Source: Octopus sinensis
Taxonomy: Eukaryota
NCBI RefSeq assembly: GCF_006345805.1
Contig: NC_043005.1
Coordinates: forward strand, 43,958,001 to 44,022,000
DNA: 64,000 bases
Direction: 5' to 3'
How positions within the stretch are numbered: position 1 is the first letter of the stretch; every line of letters begins with the position of its first letter. The translations under genes were made by a program, and so were the position numbers. Positions 39,920 through 52,863 of the stretch are shown here, piece after piece. Under the pieces are notes generated by a model. The model ran no database searches, had not been told where the DNA came from, and saw nothing but the letters and a program-made list of their open reading frames with translations.

Positions 39920-39950
<31 letters not shown>

Positions 39951-40009
39951 AGTGATGATGATACACACCTACACTTGCATGCTTCTACACACATATACCT
40001 CACCACCAT

Positions 40010-40746
40010 TATTTTATTTGCAAAAAATGTCAGAAACCATGGTCTAGGAGATAGATGTTAAATGTTTTTATTTTTCAATCCCTTCGAAGTTTATCCCTAA
40101 TAGTGGTTTGGATTTTGGCTATTCCTTCTAGTGTGCCAGGAATCCTATGATGGATACCTCTTATATGTTTAAATGTACACTGTATTTATATAAATAATAT
40201 ATAGTCTATTGACTAATTTTTCTACATGCTAGGCCACTGGTAGTAAAAATTTCTATAATTTTTATTACCCTGATTATTATTAATTATGGATAATTTTTCT
40301 GGAAAAGTTTTGAAGTAATACTGGCATTATTTTATTTGCTGTCAACAAAAAACTGCGCTTGCACAGTGGATTTGAAAAATTATAATGTATAAGCACGGGG
40401 CACATGCTGGATTGCCTCATATATATATGATTAATCTAGACGTACATGTTGATGAAGACTTTGCATAGCAAATTATTTTATTAGCTAAAAAATGTCAGAA
40501 ACCAAGGTCCAGAAGATAGATGGTAAATGTTTTTATTTTTCATTCCCTTCGAAGTTTATCCCTAATAGTGGATTTTGGTTATTCCTTCTAGCGTGCCAAG
40601 CATCCTATAATGGATACCTCTTATGTGTTTAAATGTACACTGTATTTATAGGAATGATATATAGTCTATTGACTAATTTTTCTACACACTAGGCCACTGG
40701 TGGTAAAAATTTCTAAAATTTTTATTACCCTGATATTATTAATTAT
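40010..40746 (+). repeat. Diverged direct duplication of ~275 bp
   Basis: ~40010-40287 vs ~40478-40746 (aaaaaatgtcagaaacca...ttattaccctgat). Confidence 0.9.
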
Positions 40747-41160
40747 ATATATATATACACACACACAGACACACACACTCACACATACATACACACACAT
40801 GCACACATACGTAAACACACACACACTCATGTATACGATGGGCTTCTTTCAGTTTCTGTCTACCAAATCCTCTCACAAAGCTTTGGTCAGCCTTAGGCTA
40901 TAGTAGAAGACACCTACCCAAGGTGCCATACAGTGGGACTGAATCCAGAACTATGTGGTTGAGAAGCAAGCTTCTTACCACACAGCCATACCTAGGTTTC
41001 TCATCTGCATGTGTGTGTGTGTGCATGTACATGCATGTGTGAGTATATTTACACACACACGCACACATACTCACACACACATATATGCATATGTTATCTG
41101 ATATATTGTTGGATATGTCATCATCAAGCTTTATTTTACCTGTTTATACCTGTTTAAAAT

Positions 41161-41241
41161 TTTACCTGAAGATGGTGCTTTTATGAAATGATGTAATCTA
41201 TGAATACATCAATAAAATTATACCGAAACAGCTGTCATGAA
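41161..41241 (+). ncRNA. Type I hammerhead ribozyme, third family
   Basis: TTTAC-CTGAAGA-t-GGTG...TACC-GAAA-CAGCTG-TC-ATGAA; palindromic stem III ACAGCTGT; GUC triplet; nested stem II helices ttttat/ataaaa and tgatgta/tacatca; the first stem I pair is C-A (probable CpG decay). Confidence 0.65.
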
Positions 41242-41934
41242 TTTTAAATCTCATTTGTATTCTTTTCTTATATACGTGTGTGTATGTGTGTGTAGTGTTC
41301 ATTTTCATTTGTTAAGTGCATAGGATTAGAATGGCTCCTTGCTTTCTCCCTCTCTAGGCAGCAGGTGTACTGAAACAGAGAACAATCAACTAAAATTCTT
41401 GGTCATTTTGCTTAAGGAATTTCCAAGTCTATCACTGCTTTTATCAGTAATAAAAGGTGAGATTTTAACTCAGAAATCACAGAGCTAAAGCAAATAGTGC
41501 AGGTCATTTCTTTTGATATTCTAACAGTCTGCTAGTCTGCTGTTCTGGACTGATGATTTATCTGACAATCTGAAAGGGATGGCAAAAAGAGTTACAACAA
41601 ATATCACAAAATTTTTCCTGAGGTTTTCAATAAGTTTGTCCATCTGTTTGCTATTAGTGCAAGTGGTTTTGTTACTAAAATCTGCCATGTGAGATAGGGA
41701 ATGAAAATCTTGTAACTTTCTTTTCATTTCTTTAGTTGAATGTAAGCTGGATAATCTAAGCCAGCAGCAGAGTTTGATCACCTGTTTTTGAAATCCTAGC
41801 CTTGCAATAAATTTGCCATCATCTTAGATTAATACCAACTCATCATCATCATCATTATCATCATCATCATCATCATCATCACCATCACTACCACCACCAC
41901 CACCACCACCACCACTATCGTATTCGTCATCGTC

Positions 41935-42150
41935 ATCATCATCATCATTCAACATCCGTTTTCCATGCTGGCATGGGTCAAATGGTTTGACAGGGGCTGG
42001 CAAGGCCAGGAGCCACAACAGGTTCCATAATCAGTTTTGGCTTGATTTCTACAACTCAACTGAATAGCCTTTCTAATACCAACCACTCTACAGAGTGTTC
42101 TGGGTGCTTTTTATGCGACACCATCATTAGTACTTTTTAAGTGGCACACT
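41935..42150 (-). mobile_element. RTE 3' tail copy
   Basis: (CAT)n then caacatccgttttccatgctggcatggg. Confidence 0.7.
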
Positions 42151-42566
42151 AGCACCAACATCAGTACTGTTCTGAAAATACAGTTTTTGGAGATATATCA
42201 TTTACTTGACAGGTCCTTCTATTCATCGCCACCATTATTGCATTGCAATATTACATATTATCCAACATAGAGGTACATAAGGGTGGGTTTAGTGAGTGGA
42301 ACATCATGGTGGATAGGAGAAGGCATTGAGAGTAAGTTGCAAGATGGTGATCAATAAAAATAGAGTGGGATAGGCATGATAATGAGAATGAGGCATGGAT
42401 GGAAGTGATTCTGGTGGGGGTAGGTAACTGGAAGTGCATACACACACACTCACACACACATCTCATCCATGCTCAGATTACTGAGCCAGTAAGAAGCCTA
42501 CAAAACTTTAAGTTGTATGCAACTCATTCAAACTGTTTTCAATAATAATAATGAAATAATAATAAT

Positions 42567-42633
<67 letters not shown>

Positions 42634-43029
42634 TGGCCTGATGGCAGTGGCTCTCATGGCTTTTTATCTTAACTGATTGGAAGTGTTATCATGTACATTG
42701 TTTTGACTTGGTATAAAAGATGGGCTACAGCAAATATTCTGCTCAATACCACAAATTTGCTGTGTCATGGTACTGGTTTTCTCACAGATGGTGCCTAACT
42801 GACCCTACTATACTGTGCATTTGACAAAATCAAAAGCAAATAATGTGCATGCGAAAAAATTAAACTGGAATCTAATCCATCACGTTACAGTTAAGTAGAC
42901 TGAAGCAACATGGAATAAAGTGTTTTGCTGAAGAACACAATGCATTGCTCAGTCTGTGAATCAAACCCATGATCTAGTTATCATGAGTGCAGGACCCTAA
43001 CCACTAGGCCACACACACAAATACACACA

Positions 43030-43375
43030 CATATATACTCTTTTACTCTTTTACTTGTTTCAGTCATTTCACTGAAGCCATGCTGGAGCACTGCCTTTAG
43101 TCGAACAAATTGACCCCAGGACTTATTCTTTGTAAGCCTAGTTCTTATTCTATCGGTCTCTTTTGCTGAACTGCAAAGTTATGAGAATGTAAACACACCA
43201 GCATTGGTTGTCAAGCAATGGTGGGGAGACAAACATTGACACACACACACATGCACACACACACACACATACACACATATATGATGGGCTTCTTTCAGTT
43301 TCTATCTACCAAATCCACTCACTTTGGTCCAGTCGAGGCAATAGTGGAAGACAGCTGCCCAAGGTGGCATGCAGT
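43030..43375 (-). mobile_element. SINE family A (head truncated)
   Basis: Tail tactcttttacttgtttcagtcatt and body match 51242-51646. Confidence 0.8.
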
Positions 43376-43398
43376 ATATATATATGTGTATATATATA

Positions 43399-43451
<53 letters not shown>

Positions 43452-43472
43452 TGTATGTATATATATATATAC

Positions 43473-44785
43473 ATTGATTTTTGATTTTTTGATTTTTCCA
43501 GTTTCAGCTAATGAGCTGTGGCCATGCTGGGGCACCACCATTTGGTTTGCTACACGATTTTACCTCACGGATGCTTTTTAGCAAACGCCATCTGATGCAT
43601 GAGAGAGTTCGATGCAGCTGCCCTCATCTGCACCTCCTGCCGTGAAGTTGGTTCATCCGGGACACCTGACAGGAAGAGATCCAATCCTACTTTAAAGACA
43701 TCCACATCTACACCATGCAGGTCCCTCAGATTCTTCGGGAGGATATTGAAGAGCTGTGGGCCTCTGAAGCCCAGGCTATCACAGTATCTTGTCCTACATC
43801 TTGATGGCAAATTTGGAGTCCTTGGTACTACGCAGTGGCGCCAGGTTCTGGCATTTATGTGACTCTCGATGCCAAAGTTCAGGACAAGTCCTTCCAGGAT
43901 CTTCCAGATATATATTATGGCATATCTTTCTCGCCTACGCTCCAGGGAATAGAGCTTTAATCTCTTGAGTCTTTCCCAGTAGCTCATATGCTGCACAGAG
44001 GCTATCTTCTTCGTGTAGCTTCGTTGGATCGCCTCAAGTTCTGTGATCAACTTGACACTGGATGGTGACCATAGCTGAGAGCAATAGTCAAAGTGGCTTA
44101 GGACAAGTGTCTTCAGAGGACCATCATGGTTTCTTGTTCTCTTGTTCTAAAGGTTCTAAGAATCCATCCAGCCAGCCGTCTACATTTCATTGCCAGTTTA
44201 GCAACATGTACATGAAAGGTCGCGTCATCACTCATGTGAATACCCAGGTCATGCACTGATTGTGCCTCTGGGATTGCAATCCCTCCGGGTCCAGTGTATT
44301 CATTGGGTATTGCATTCAGTTTTGCATGCTGATAGTATAAAGCTTGAAACTTTTCAGCATTGAACTGCATGCTATTCTTTTCAGCCCACTTGTATATTTC
44401 GTCCAGCTTACATTGCAGGTGCTTAGTGTCTTCAGGGTTCTGTATTGCCTGTGAAACTTTTGTATCATCTGCATAACTTGTGATTGTGGCTCTCTGCGTG
44501 GCTGAGGGCATGTCTGAGAGGGCCATTATGAACAGTAGTGGTCCCAAAACAGTGCCCTGCAGAACACCGCTCACTATTTGCTTCTATTTGACTTCTATTC
44601 TTCAGAAAGTCATGAAGCCATTCTCCCAATTTTCCAACTATGCCAAGATCACGCAGTTTGTGACATATCATTCCATGATCGACTTTATCAAAGGCCTTTG
44701 CAAAGTCGAGATATATGACTTCCACATTTGAGTGGTTGAGCAGTTGTTTCAGCACCCAGTCATAGTGTTGTAGGAGCTGAGTTAT
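43473..44785 (-). mobile_element. 5'-truncated CR1-clade LINE (RT C-terminal half plus 3' tail)
   Basis: YLDFAKAFDKVDH, GVLQGTVLGPLLF, YADDTK, LERRRERY motifs in ORFs 44465-44995, 44113-44574 and 43565-44050; small internal deletion near 44580; (TA)n on both sides. Confidence 0.92.
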
Positions 44786-45556
44786 ATATATATAGGGCTT
44801 TAGGGGTACTGTGAGAAGCCTGGCTGGAGGCCCAACCTTCTGAGTTCTTTTTACAGGGCTTAGACAAAGTGAAGGACCACTCCAATAAGTGAGTGAATTT
44901 GAGAGGAGAATATATTGAATGAAATCATAATCAAACGATCCTCCTGGATTTTCTTTTACCCAAAGCCAGGAACTTTTCAGCACACCCTCGCACACTCACA
45001 TGTGTGTGTGTGCGTGTGTATTCATATATAGACCAGACTATCAGATGTTGTCTTACATTCTTGGTTACAATGCACTTTGCATTGTTTTCTGGGATTTCAA
45101 ATGATGCCATCCCACTGGTTAGGTAAGCAGGCCAACATTTCCCCTAACTGGAATCTAATCCATCACAACGTTACAGTTGAGTGGACTGAAGCAACAGTTT
45201 TGCTGAAGAACACAATGCATTGCTCAGTCTGTGAATCGAACCTATGATCTAGTTATCATGAGTGCAGCACCCTAACCACTAGGCCCCACACATTTACACG
45301 CATAAACAAATACACACATATGCATGTACACACACACACACGCACATACACATATATATGTGTATATGTATATGAATATATACGTATATGTACATCTAGA
45401 TCTCTACATATGTATGTATGGATATATATATTTGCATATATATATATTTACACATACATACATGCATATACATGCACACACACACACATATATATAAACA
45501 TTCATGTTCATATAGATGCCTATACCATGTACATGTCAAATACATATACATGCCTG

Positions 45557-45592
<36 letters not shown>

Positions 45593-46734
45593 AATACTCG
45601 TGTGTATTTATTTGTGTATATATTATGATCATGAGTGTAATGTGTGTGTACATACAACTTCATAAATGTGTACAGGTCAATGATTACAAACAACCTTAAG
45701 CAAAATCATTTGGTCGAAAACATTGAGAAAATAACACTAAATGAAAATAAACCAAAAATTAAGTCTAAACAACCTCATTATCAGCAAACTATCATAGCTC
45801 TGATGAAAAGATAATTATTTCCATTAGTAATAATATGGATATTTTCTGCCATTTTATCAAAGATATTTCTATCTAAGCATTATTCCTTAATCTAACAGCT
45901 AAATGACTGTTTTATTGTGTTTGATATGATATTTTTTGTGTTTGTTTTTTCTTCTTATTTTTTCATCTTGTTTTCTTTCTTTCTTTCTTTATTTTTTTCC
46001 CATTCTTTTTTAGATTCAAGTTGGAGAAACGTTGATGATTCCACATTCAGAAATGGCTTCACACAAATGCAGTTAACTATCAAGAGGTTGGCATTAATTA
46101 TATCCTGATTGTAAATTCTCTATGCATTTATTTTAACCATATGTTACACAAATGCTTCTTCGTAAATTCTTAGAACTGAAACCAAAATAATGGAAACTAA
46201 ATTGTTACTGAACTTTTTAGTTAGATTGACATTTGATGCTTTCTGATGTTAGGGAATAAGAAGTTTAAGGGAGAAAAAAATAATGTAAAAAACTAGACAT
46301 AGAATTTGGGATATAAAGTTTAAAAAAACAAAATTGCGTATATTTGAGTATGTATAAATGTGTATGTGCCTGTAAATGCATGCATATGCATGTATGAATG
46401 TACATGTGTTTGTCTGTATCTGTGTGTGTCAGAGACAATGTGAAAGAGAATGTGCATATGCTAGTGAGAAAGTGAGTGTGAACGGAATGGAGAATTAATA
46501 TACTTGATTGTGGTGGTTTACCTATATACTGTGGCAGCCTAGAGGATTAATAGGATATCATTAAAACGTATTGGGTCAATATTCAGATTCTAACAGCAGT
46601 ATATGAAATCAATAACTAAGGACTAGGATATAAGTTCAATATGTCAGAACCAAGAGATTTTATATTTGCAGGTGTCATATAATAAGTATTTGAAAGAAAC
46701 TGTTATGAAAGGAAAAAACAAGGAAATATAAGAC

Positions 46735-46945
46735 GCTGAGTTGGCAGAATGGTTAGCACACCAGACAAAATGCTTAAGCAGTATTTCATCCATCTTTATG
46801 TTCTCAGTTCAAATTCCACCAAGGTCACCTTTGCCTTTTATCCTTTCGGGGCTGATGAAATAAGTACCAGTTATGCAGTGGGATCAATGTAATCAGCTAA
46901 ATTCCCTTCCCCAAATTGCCGGCCTTCTGTCTGTAGTAGAAAAGG
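46735..46945 (+). mobile_element. SINE family B
   Basis: gagttggcagaatggttagcac...gttcaaattccacc...ggccttctgtc. Confidence 0.75.
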
Positions 46946-47144
46946 CATATGGATAGGAAATATATATTTATGGTTATTTCATTTATGGGTTACAGAGTAT
47001 GGTGTAGAGCAGGGTTCCCCAACCACCAAGTAATGGATCATTACAGGGCTTTGAGTTGTTTACTATCAGGTCACACAAAAAAAAGAAATTTTAATGTTTT
47101 ATTTCAGTTTTTGTCGTATACTGCTGTTTGTAGGGTGTTTTTAC

Positions 47145-47180
<36 letters not shown>

Positions 47181-47453
47181 TACAACATGTGTATGTATGT
47201 ATGTATCTATGTGTGTGTGTCTTTGTGTCTGTATTTGTTCCACCACTACCTGATAACCGGCATTGGTGTGTTTACGTCCCCATAACTTAATAGCTTGGAC
47301 TAAGAGATCAATAGAATACGTATTAGGCTTGAAAAAAAAAACAAAGTAGGGGATTGAGTCATTCGACTAAAATTCTTCAAGGTGGTGCCCCAGCATGGCA
47401 GCAATCTAAGGACTGAAACATGTAAAAGATTAAAGATGAAAGATAGAAATATA

Positions 47454-47498
<45 letters not shown>

Positions 47499-47584
47499 CA
47501 TAGTGGGGAAGGCCACTTTATGGGGTTACCCTAGGTTTCTGGCTCATAAGGGGTTTAGCCTTATGGACAGCCTACCCCACTATA

Positions 47585-47775
47585 ATATTCTTTTCTACTC
47601 TAGGCACAAGGCCTGAAATTTTGGGAGAGGAGCCAGTCGATTAGATCAACTCCAGTACGCACTGGTACTTAATTTATCAACCCCAAAAGGATGAAAGGCA
47701 AAGTTAAACTCGGCAGAATTTGAACTCAGAACATAAAGACAGACGGAATACCTGGCATGCTAACATTTCTGCTCC
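47585..47775 (-). mobile_element. SINE family B
   Basis: Reverse complement of 23135-23350. Confidence 0.75.
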
Positions 47776-48019
47776 CTCATCATCTTACCCCACTATAATA
47801 TTAACTACTCTACATCTTAGAATGTGCTTCTCCTCCTGATTTATGTATTTCTACAAATGATATATGTATGTGTGTGCTATATCATTCATCTTTTACTTGT
47901 TTTAGTCATTAGGCTGTGGCCTTGAAGAATTTTTAGTCGAATGAATCAATCCCAGAACTTTTTATTTTTAAGCCTGGTACTTTCCTCTGTCGTTTGTACT
48001 CTGTTAGTTTGATCTATTA

Positions 48020-48096
48020 CTAGGTTGAGGAAAAAGTTTGTGCGCCGTGTTAAGTATTATTTTAACACAGCACACAAACTTCTTTCTTCAGTCTAA
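48020..48096. mobile_element. 77-bp mariner-type mini-MITE with TA TSD
   Basis: TA|ctaggttgaggaaaaagtttgtgcgccgtgttaa...ttaacacagcacacaaacttctttcttcagtctaa|TA; it interrupts a copy of the 34539-34688 arm. Confidence 0.7.
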
Positions 48097-48474
48097 TAAT
48101 ATAGATATCTATATATTTATACTTAAATATTCATCATCAGAAAATCTTCAGTCTTTGCTTTGTTTGCATATTTTTTTTGATTTCAAATGATGCCATCCCA
48201 CTGGCTAGGTAAGCAGACCAACATATCCCCTAACTAGAATCTAATCCACCAGAAACCCAAACTGTTATACTCAATTTGTTTATCCACATAATTGCCTCCA
48301 TATCTGCTCACCTGGATTCCTCTTCCAGCCACTCTTTACGCCTTGGAATTGGTCCCTCTTAACAGCATCGGAGTCTAAGTTCAAATCATTTAAGCATTAC
48401 TAAGTGTTTTCTATACTGAGAATCTCTGAATTTCATCTGTTGATAATATATATGATGCACTTCTTATTTCTTTA

Positions 48475-48870
48475 TTGCCCACAAGGGGCTAAATATAGAG
48501 GAGACAAACAAGGACAGACAAAGGGATTAAGTTGATTATATCGACCCCAGTGCATAGCTGGTACTTAATTTATCGACCCCGAAAGGATGAAAGGCAAAGT
48601 CGACCTCGGTGGAATTTGAACTTAGAACGTAATGGCAGATGAAATACAGCTAAGCATTTCACCCGGCGTGCTAGCGTTTCTGCCAGCTCACCACCTTTGT
48701 ATATGATGCACTTCTTTCAGTTTCCATGTACCAAATTTACTCACAAGGCTTTGGTTGGGTCAAGGCTATAGTAGAAGACACTTGCCAAAGGTGCCACATA
48801 GTGGAACTGAACCTGAAACCATGTGCTTAGGAAGCAAGCTTTTTGCCACTCAACCATGCCTGCACCTGTA
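48475..48870 (-). mobile_element. SINE family B (~48475-48700) next to the 5' half of SINE family A (~48705-48870)
   Basis: Matches other copies. Confidence 0.75.
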
Positions 48871-50324
48871 TGGTTATGAAAAGTGAAAAAATTTAGTGCA
48901 ACACATGCAAGAAGATTATTGTGAAATCCTACGCTTCGTTTGGATTGTTTTTAAATGGAATACATCACATAAGTGTTTCGATTAACTTCTAAGATAGTCA
49001 AGAATTAGGAGAAATTTATCTGTTTAATTATACATCTAAATGTTGAGAACCAACAAAAAATACAAAAAAATCCCAGTTTCTTGAATAAAGTTATGATGGA
49101 GAGTAATTTAATTGTGAATATTTTATAATTGGTAGTTTTATATTATAGTAAAAGAAATGGTATGAAACGAGTTAACCCAATGACTCATATTTTAGTTCTT
49201 TGTTGTATTTTAATATTTTTTTCAAAGACAATACTTTAAACAGAGAAGGAAATTGCTGCTATAACAACCATTTAGTTCATGTACATATCATTTGTGGCAA
49301 ATACCTCCTCTGCTAGATAACTGCTTCCAATGTTATGTTTTTCTACTTTGAAAAAAAAAAAAGCAAACAATCACAATTTGACCTTTCGTTCACGAAAAAA
49401 AGAAAAAAGAAGTTGAAAAAAATAATAAGTTAGAAAGAGCAAAAGAAAACTTTGTACAAAGTTGAAATGAAATTTCGCTAGCATTTATCTCCAAGAAATA
49501 AAAACCAGCCAAGCTGATCTTCCTACATTGATAGAGCACATTATTGATTTGTGGTATAACACCTAGAGCAAGAAAGTCAATGATGAGAATTATTTTAAGT
49601 CAGATTCCAGTAGAAGTTATTTTGTTGTTATCTTTGTTGACGGAAAGAGTTTATTTTGAAATATTGATCCAGATACAGAATGCTTCTTTGGTTAATTGAT
49701 ATAATTAATATTAATAGAAAAAAAAGTAGTTGTTTTGTTAGAAACACAAAGATGAGTTTGTAGTATGTGATTATTTCTCTGAAACGTGCCATCTGGTGGT
49801 AGATGTTTCAATTTATATAACTTGTAGCTTAGGCTCGTTTGTTTGGTTGTTAGTTTTATGTTTGTTTTTCCATGCTACCATGGGTTAGATGAATATATTC
49901 TTAAGACATTTCGTTTGCAACTAAATATACCTTTTCTGTCACTAATTCCTACTTGTTTTTTAAGTAAGGAATTTCTTTATATCATAATCTCTTTGAAAAC
50001 ACAAAATCAGCAGGTGATTTGTTGACAGGTGAAATTACAATATCACCATTTGTTGGTTGCTCATGATTTTCAGGGAAGTGTAAGTGTAAGGAAAGACAAA
50101 CACACACACATTAAGATTCTAGAATGGTAGAAAGACAAGGAATTTCCACAGCAATCTACTCCCTTGAATCGGTGTCCAAACGAAAATCCAAATTCTGCTA
50201 GTGTAAAAAAATTCAGGTATCATATCAATAGATTCAATGTATTGGTCTAGCAAAGAGTAAAAAATGATTCACATAAGAAGACAAAGAAGAGCGCAATCTA
50301 TGGGTGTATCTGTTCATGTGTGTG

Positions 50325-50585
50325 GAGGCACATGACCTAGTGGTTAGAGCAGTGGACTCACAGTCGAGGGATCACGGGTTCGAATCTCAGACCGGGTGAT
50401 GTGTGTGTTTATGAGCGAAACACCTAAGCTCCACGCGGCTCCGGCAGAAGGTAATGGCAAACTTCTGTTGACTCTTTCGCCACAACTTTCACTCTTTCCT
50501 CCTGCATTTTGCAGCTCCCCTGCAACGGACTGGCGTCCCGTCCAGGTGGGTAACTTATACGCCAAGGAAACCGGGAAACTGGCCT
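50325..50585 (+). mobile_element. tRNA-derived SINE family D
   Basis: ggaggcacatgacctagtggttagagcagtggactc...gggttcgaatctc, with a body matching the reverse complement of 62575-62840. Confidence 0.8.
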
Positions 50586-51206
50586 TTGACTGTGGCCATG
50601 CTGGAGCACCGCTTTTAGTCAAGCAAATCGACCCCAGGACTTATTCTTTGTTGTCATCAGTTGTCATCTGGCGGGGAGGAAGACATAATGGTAGATAAGG
50701 GTGGCTGTTCTGAGTGGTGTATGATGGTGGATATGAGAGGTCATTGAGAGTGATAGCAGATATGAAAGGTGTTAAGATGGAATATGGCAAAAGGAGAAGG
50801 AGAGATAAGTGAAGGCACAGAAAGGAGGTGAATGGTGAAAATTATGTGGGAAGGAATGATAATGAAAATGTGGCACAGAAGTAGTTCAAGAGTGGGGGAG
50901 TAACTTGTAGCACATGCAATTGCACATGCACACACACACACACACACATACACACACACACACACACACACATACACACACACACACATACACACACACA
51001 AATATCATCATATTTAACACACTGGAGCACACTAAGACATGAGATAGCCTTTCACTGCAGAAATAGTCTCAGAAGAATATTTCCACAGTGGAAGGTCTAA
51101 GCATGTCCATGTGTATATAAACATGTTTAAGATAACTTTGCACAGATTTATTTTATTCAGTGCAGAGCTACATGCAACTTTTGTTTATATATATATATAT
51201 ACTCTT

Positions 51207-51241
<35 letters not shown>

Positions 51242-51242
<1 letters not shown>

Positions 51243-51464
51243 TCTTTTACTTGTTTCAGTCATTTGACTGTGGCCATGTTGGAGCACCGCCTGTAGTCGA
51301 CCAAATTGCTCCCAGGACTTATTCTTTGTAAGCCTAGTACTTATTCTATCGGTCTCTTTTTGCCGAACCGCTAAGTTACGGGGACATAAACACACCAGCA
51401 TCAGTTGTCAAGCAATGTTGTGGGGAACAGACACAGCCACACAAACATATACACACACATACAT

Positions 51465-51513
<49 letters not shown>

Positions 51514-51646
51514 TACAACGGGCTTCTTTCAGTTTCCATCTACCAAATCCACTCACAAGGCTTTGGTTGGCCCTAGGTGCCACGTAGTGGGATTGAACCC
51601 AGAACCATGTGGTTCGTTAGCAAGCTACTTACCACACAGCCACTCC
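51242..51646 (-). mobile_element. SINE family A, full length and well preserved
   Basis: A-box-like tggctgtgtgg, B-box-like gggttcaatccc, internal microsatellite and tail. Confidence 0.88.
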
Positions 51647-52004
51647 TACATCTATATATATATATATTAAAGAATTCGAATATGAATTAGAAGTAGCTAA
51701 AAGTATACAAACAAAATCAAACACACATACACAAGGTAAGTCTGTGGTTAGTTTGTGAGTCGGCTTTGGTTTTTAGGCATAAGAGAATATATTCTCTATG
51801 TGCCTATTGTAAAAAACACATGAAAATAAGTCACAGTCAAGCATTCTGAGAAAGGACCTGATGTGAGTTGCTTCACTCAACTGTGACTTATTTTCAGGTG
51901 TTCTTTACACCAGGTGCATAGAGAAATCTGCAGCTGACCCACGAACTAACAACACACATACTTCATGTATGTGTGTTCAATTTTGCTTATATATATATAT
52001 TAGA

Positions 52005-52500
52005 TTGTGGTGGCAAGCTGGCAGAATTGTTGGCACACCAGGCAAAATGCTTAGCAGCATTTCATCCATCTTTAGATTCTGAGTTCAAATTCCGCCATGG
52101 TCAACTTCACTTTCATCCTTTTGGTGTTAGTAAAATAAGTACAAGTTGAAAAACTAAGGTCAAAGTAATTGACTTACCCACTCTCCTGAACTTGCTGGCC
52201 TTGTGCGAAAATTTGAAGCCAATATATATATATTTTAGTCTGACCATTCCATACATGTCTATATTTTGGTTTTGTTACTTATATTTCTGCCACATCTCTC
52301 TTCTTATTTACATGCATCAGACATCATCATCATCTCATCATCACATCATTTAACGTCTGGTTTCCAAGCTGGCATGGGTTGGATGAGTTTGACAGGGGCT
52401 GACAATCTGGAGATCTACATCTAGCTCCATTTGTCTGTTTTGGCATGGTTTCTGCAGCTAGATGCACTTTCTAACAGCAACCATTTTACAGAGCGTACAG
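52005..52500. mobile_element. SINE family B (+, ~52005-52225) and RTE tail (-, ~52330-52500)
   Basis: Match other copies. Confidence 0.7.
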
Positions 52501-52689
52501 ATATTCATACTAAATAAGGGCACTCAGAGAGCACAACCATCCACCAAGGCAACACCAACATCCTTTCAATGATTATCCAGAGATCATTTTTAAAATAAGA
52601 ATATCCGAAATAAACTCGACAGCTCTCACAAATGAGAATACTAAAAATGAACCCAACTGCACAGAAAAATTAAGTAAAAAACAGGAAAA

Positions 52690-52863
52690 ATAATCAGATC
52701 AATCCCAAAATCTAATCAGTTTGTGCCAGTCATCAAGTGAAACACCCCTGAAAGTTTCATCCAAATTCATCCAGCGGTTCTTGAGATATCTTATCCACAG
52801 ACAAACAAACAAACAAACACAACTGAAAACAATACCTCCACCTTAGTGAAGGCAGAGGTAACA
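52690..52863 (+). mobile_element. Possible Helentron/HINE-type 3' end
   Basis: ccaaaatctaatcag...aaagtttcatccaaat...(ACAA)n...gaaaacaa followed by terminal hairpin tacctc-cacctt-agtg-aaggca-gaggta (52833-52860). Confidence 0.5.
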
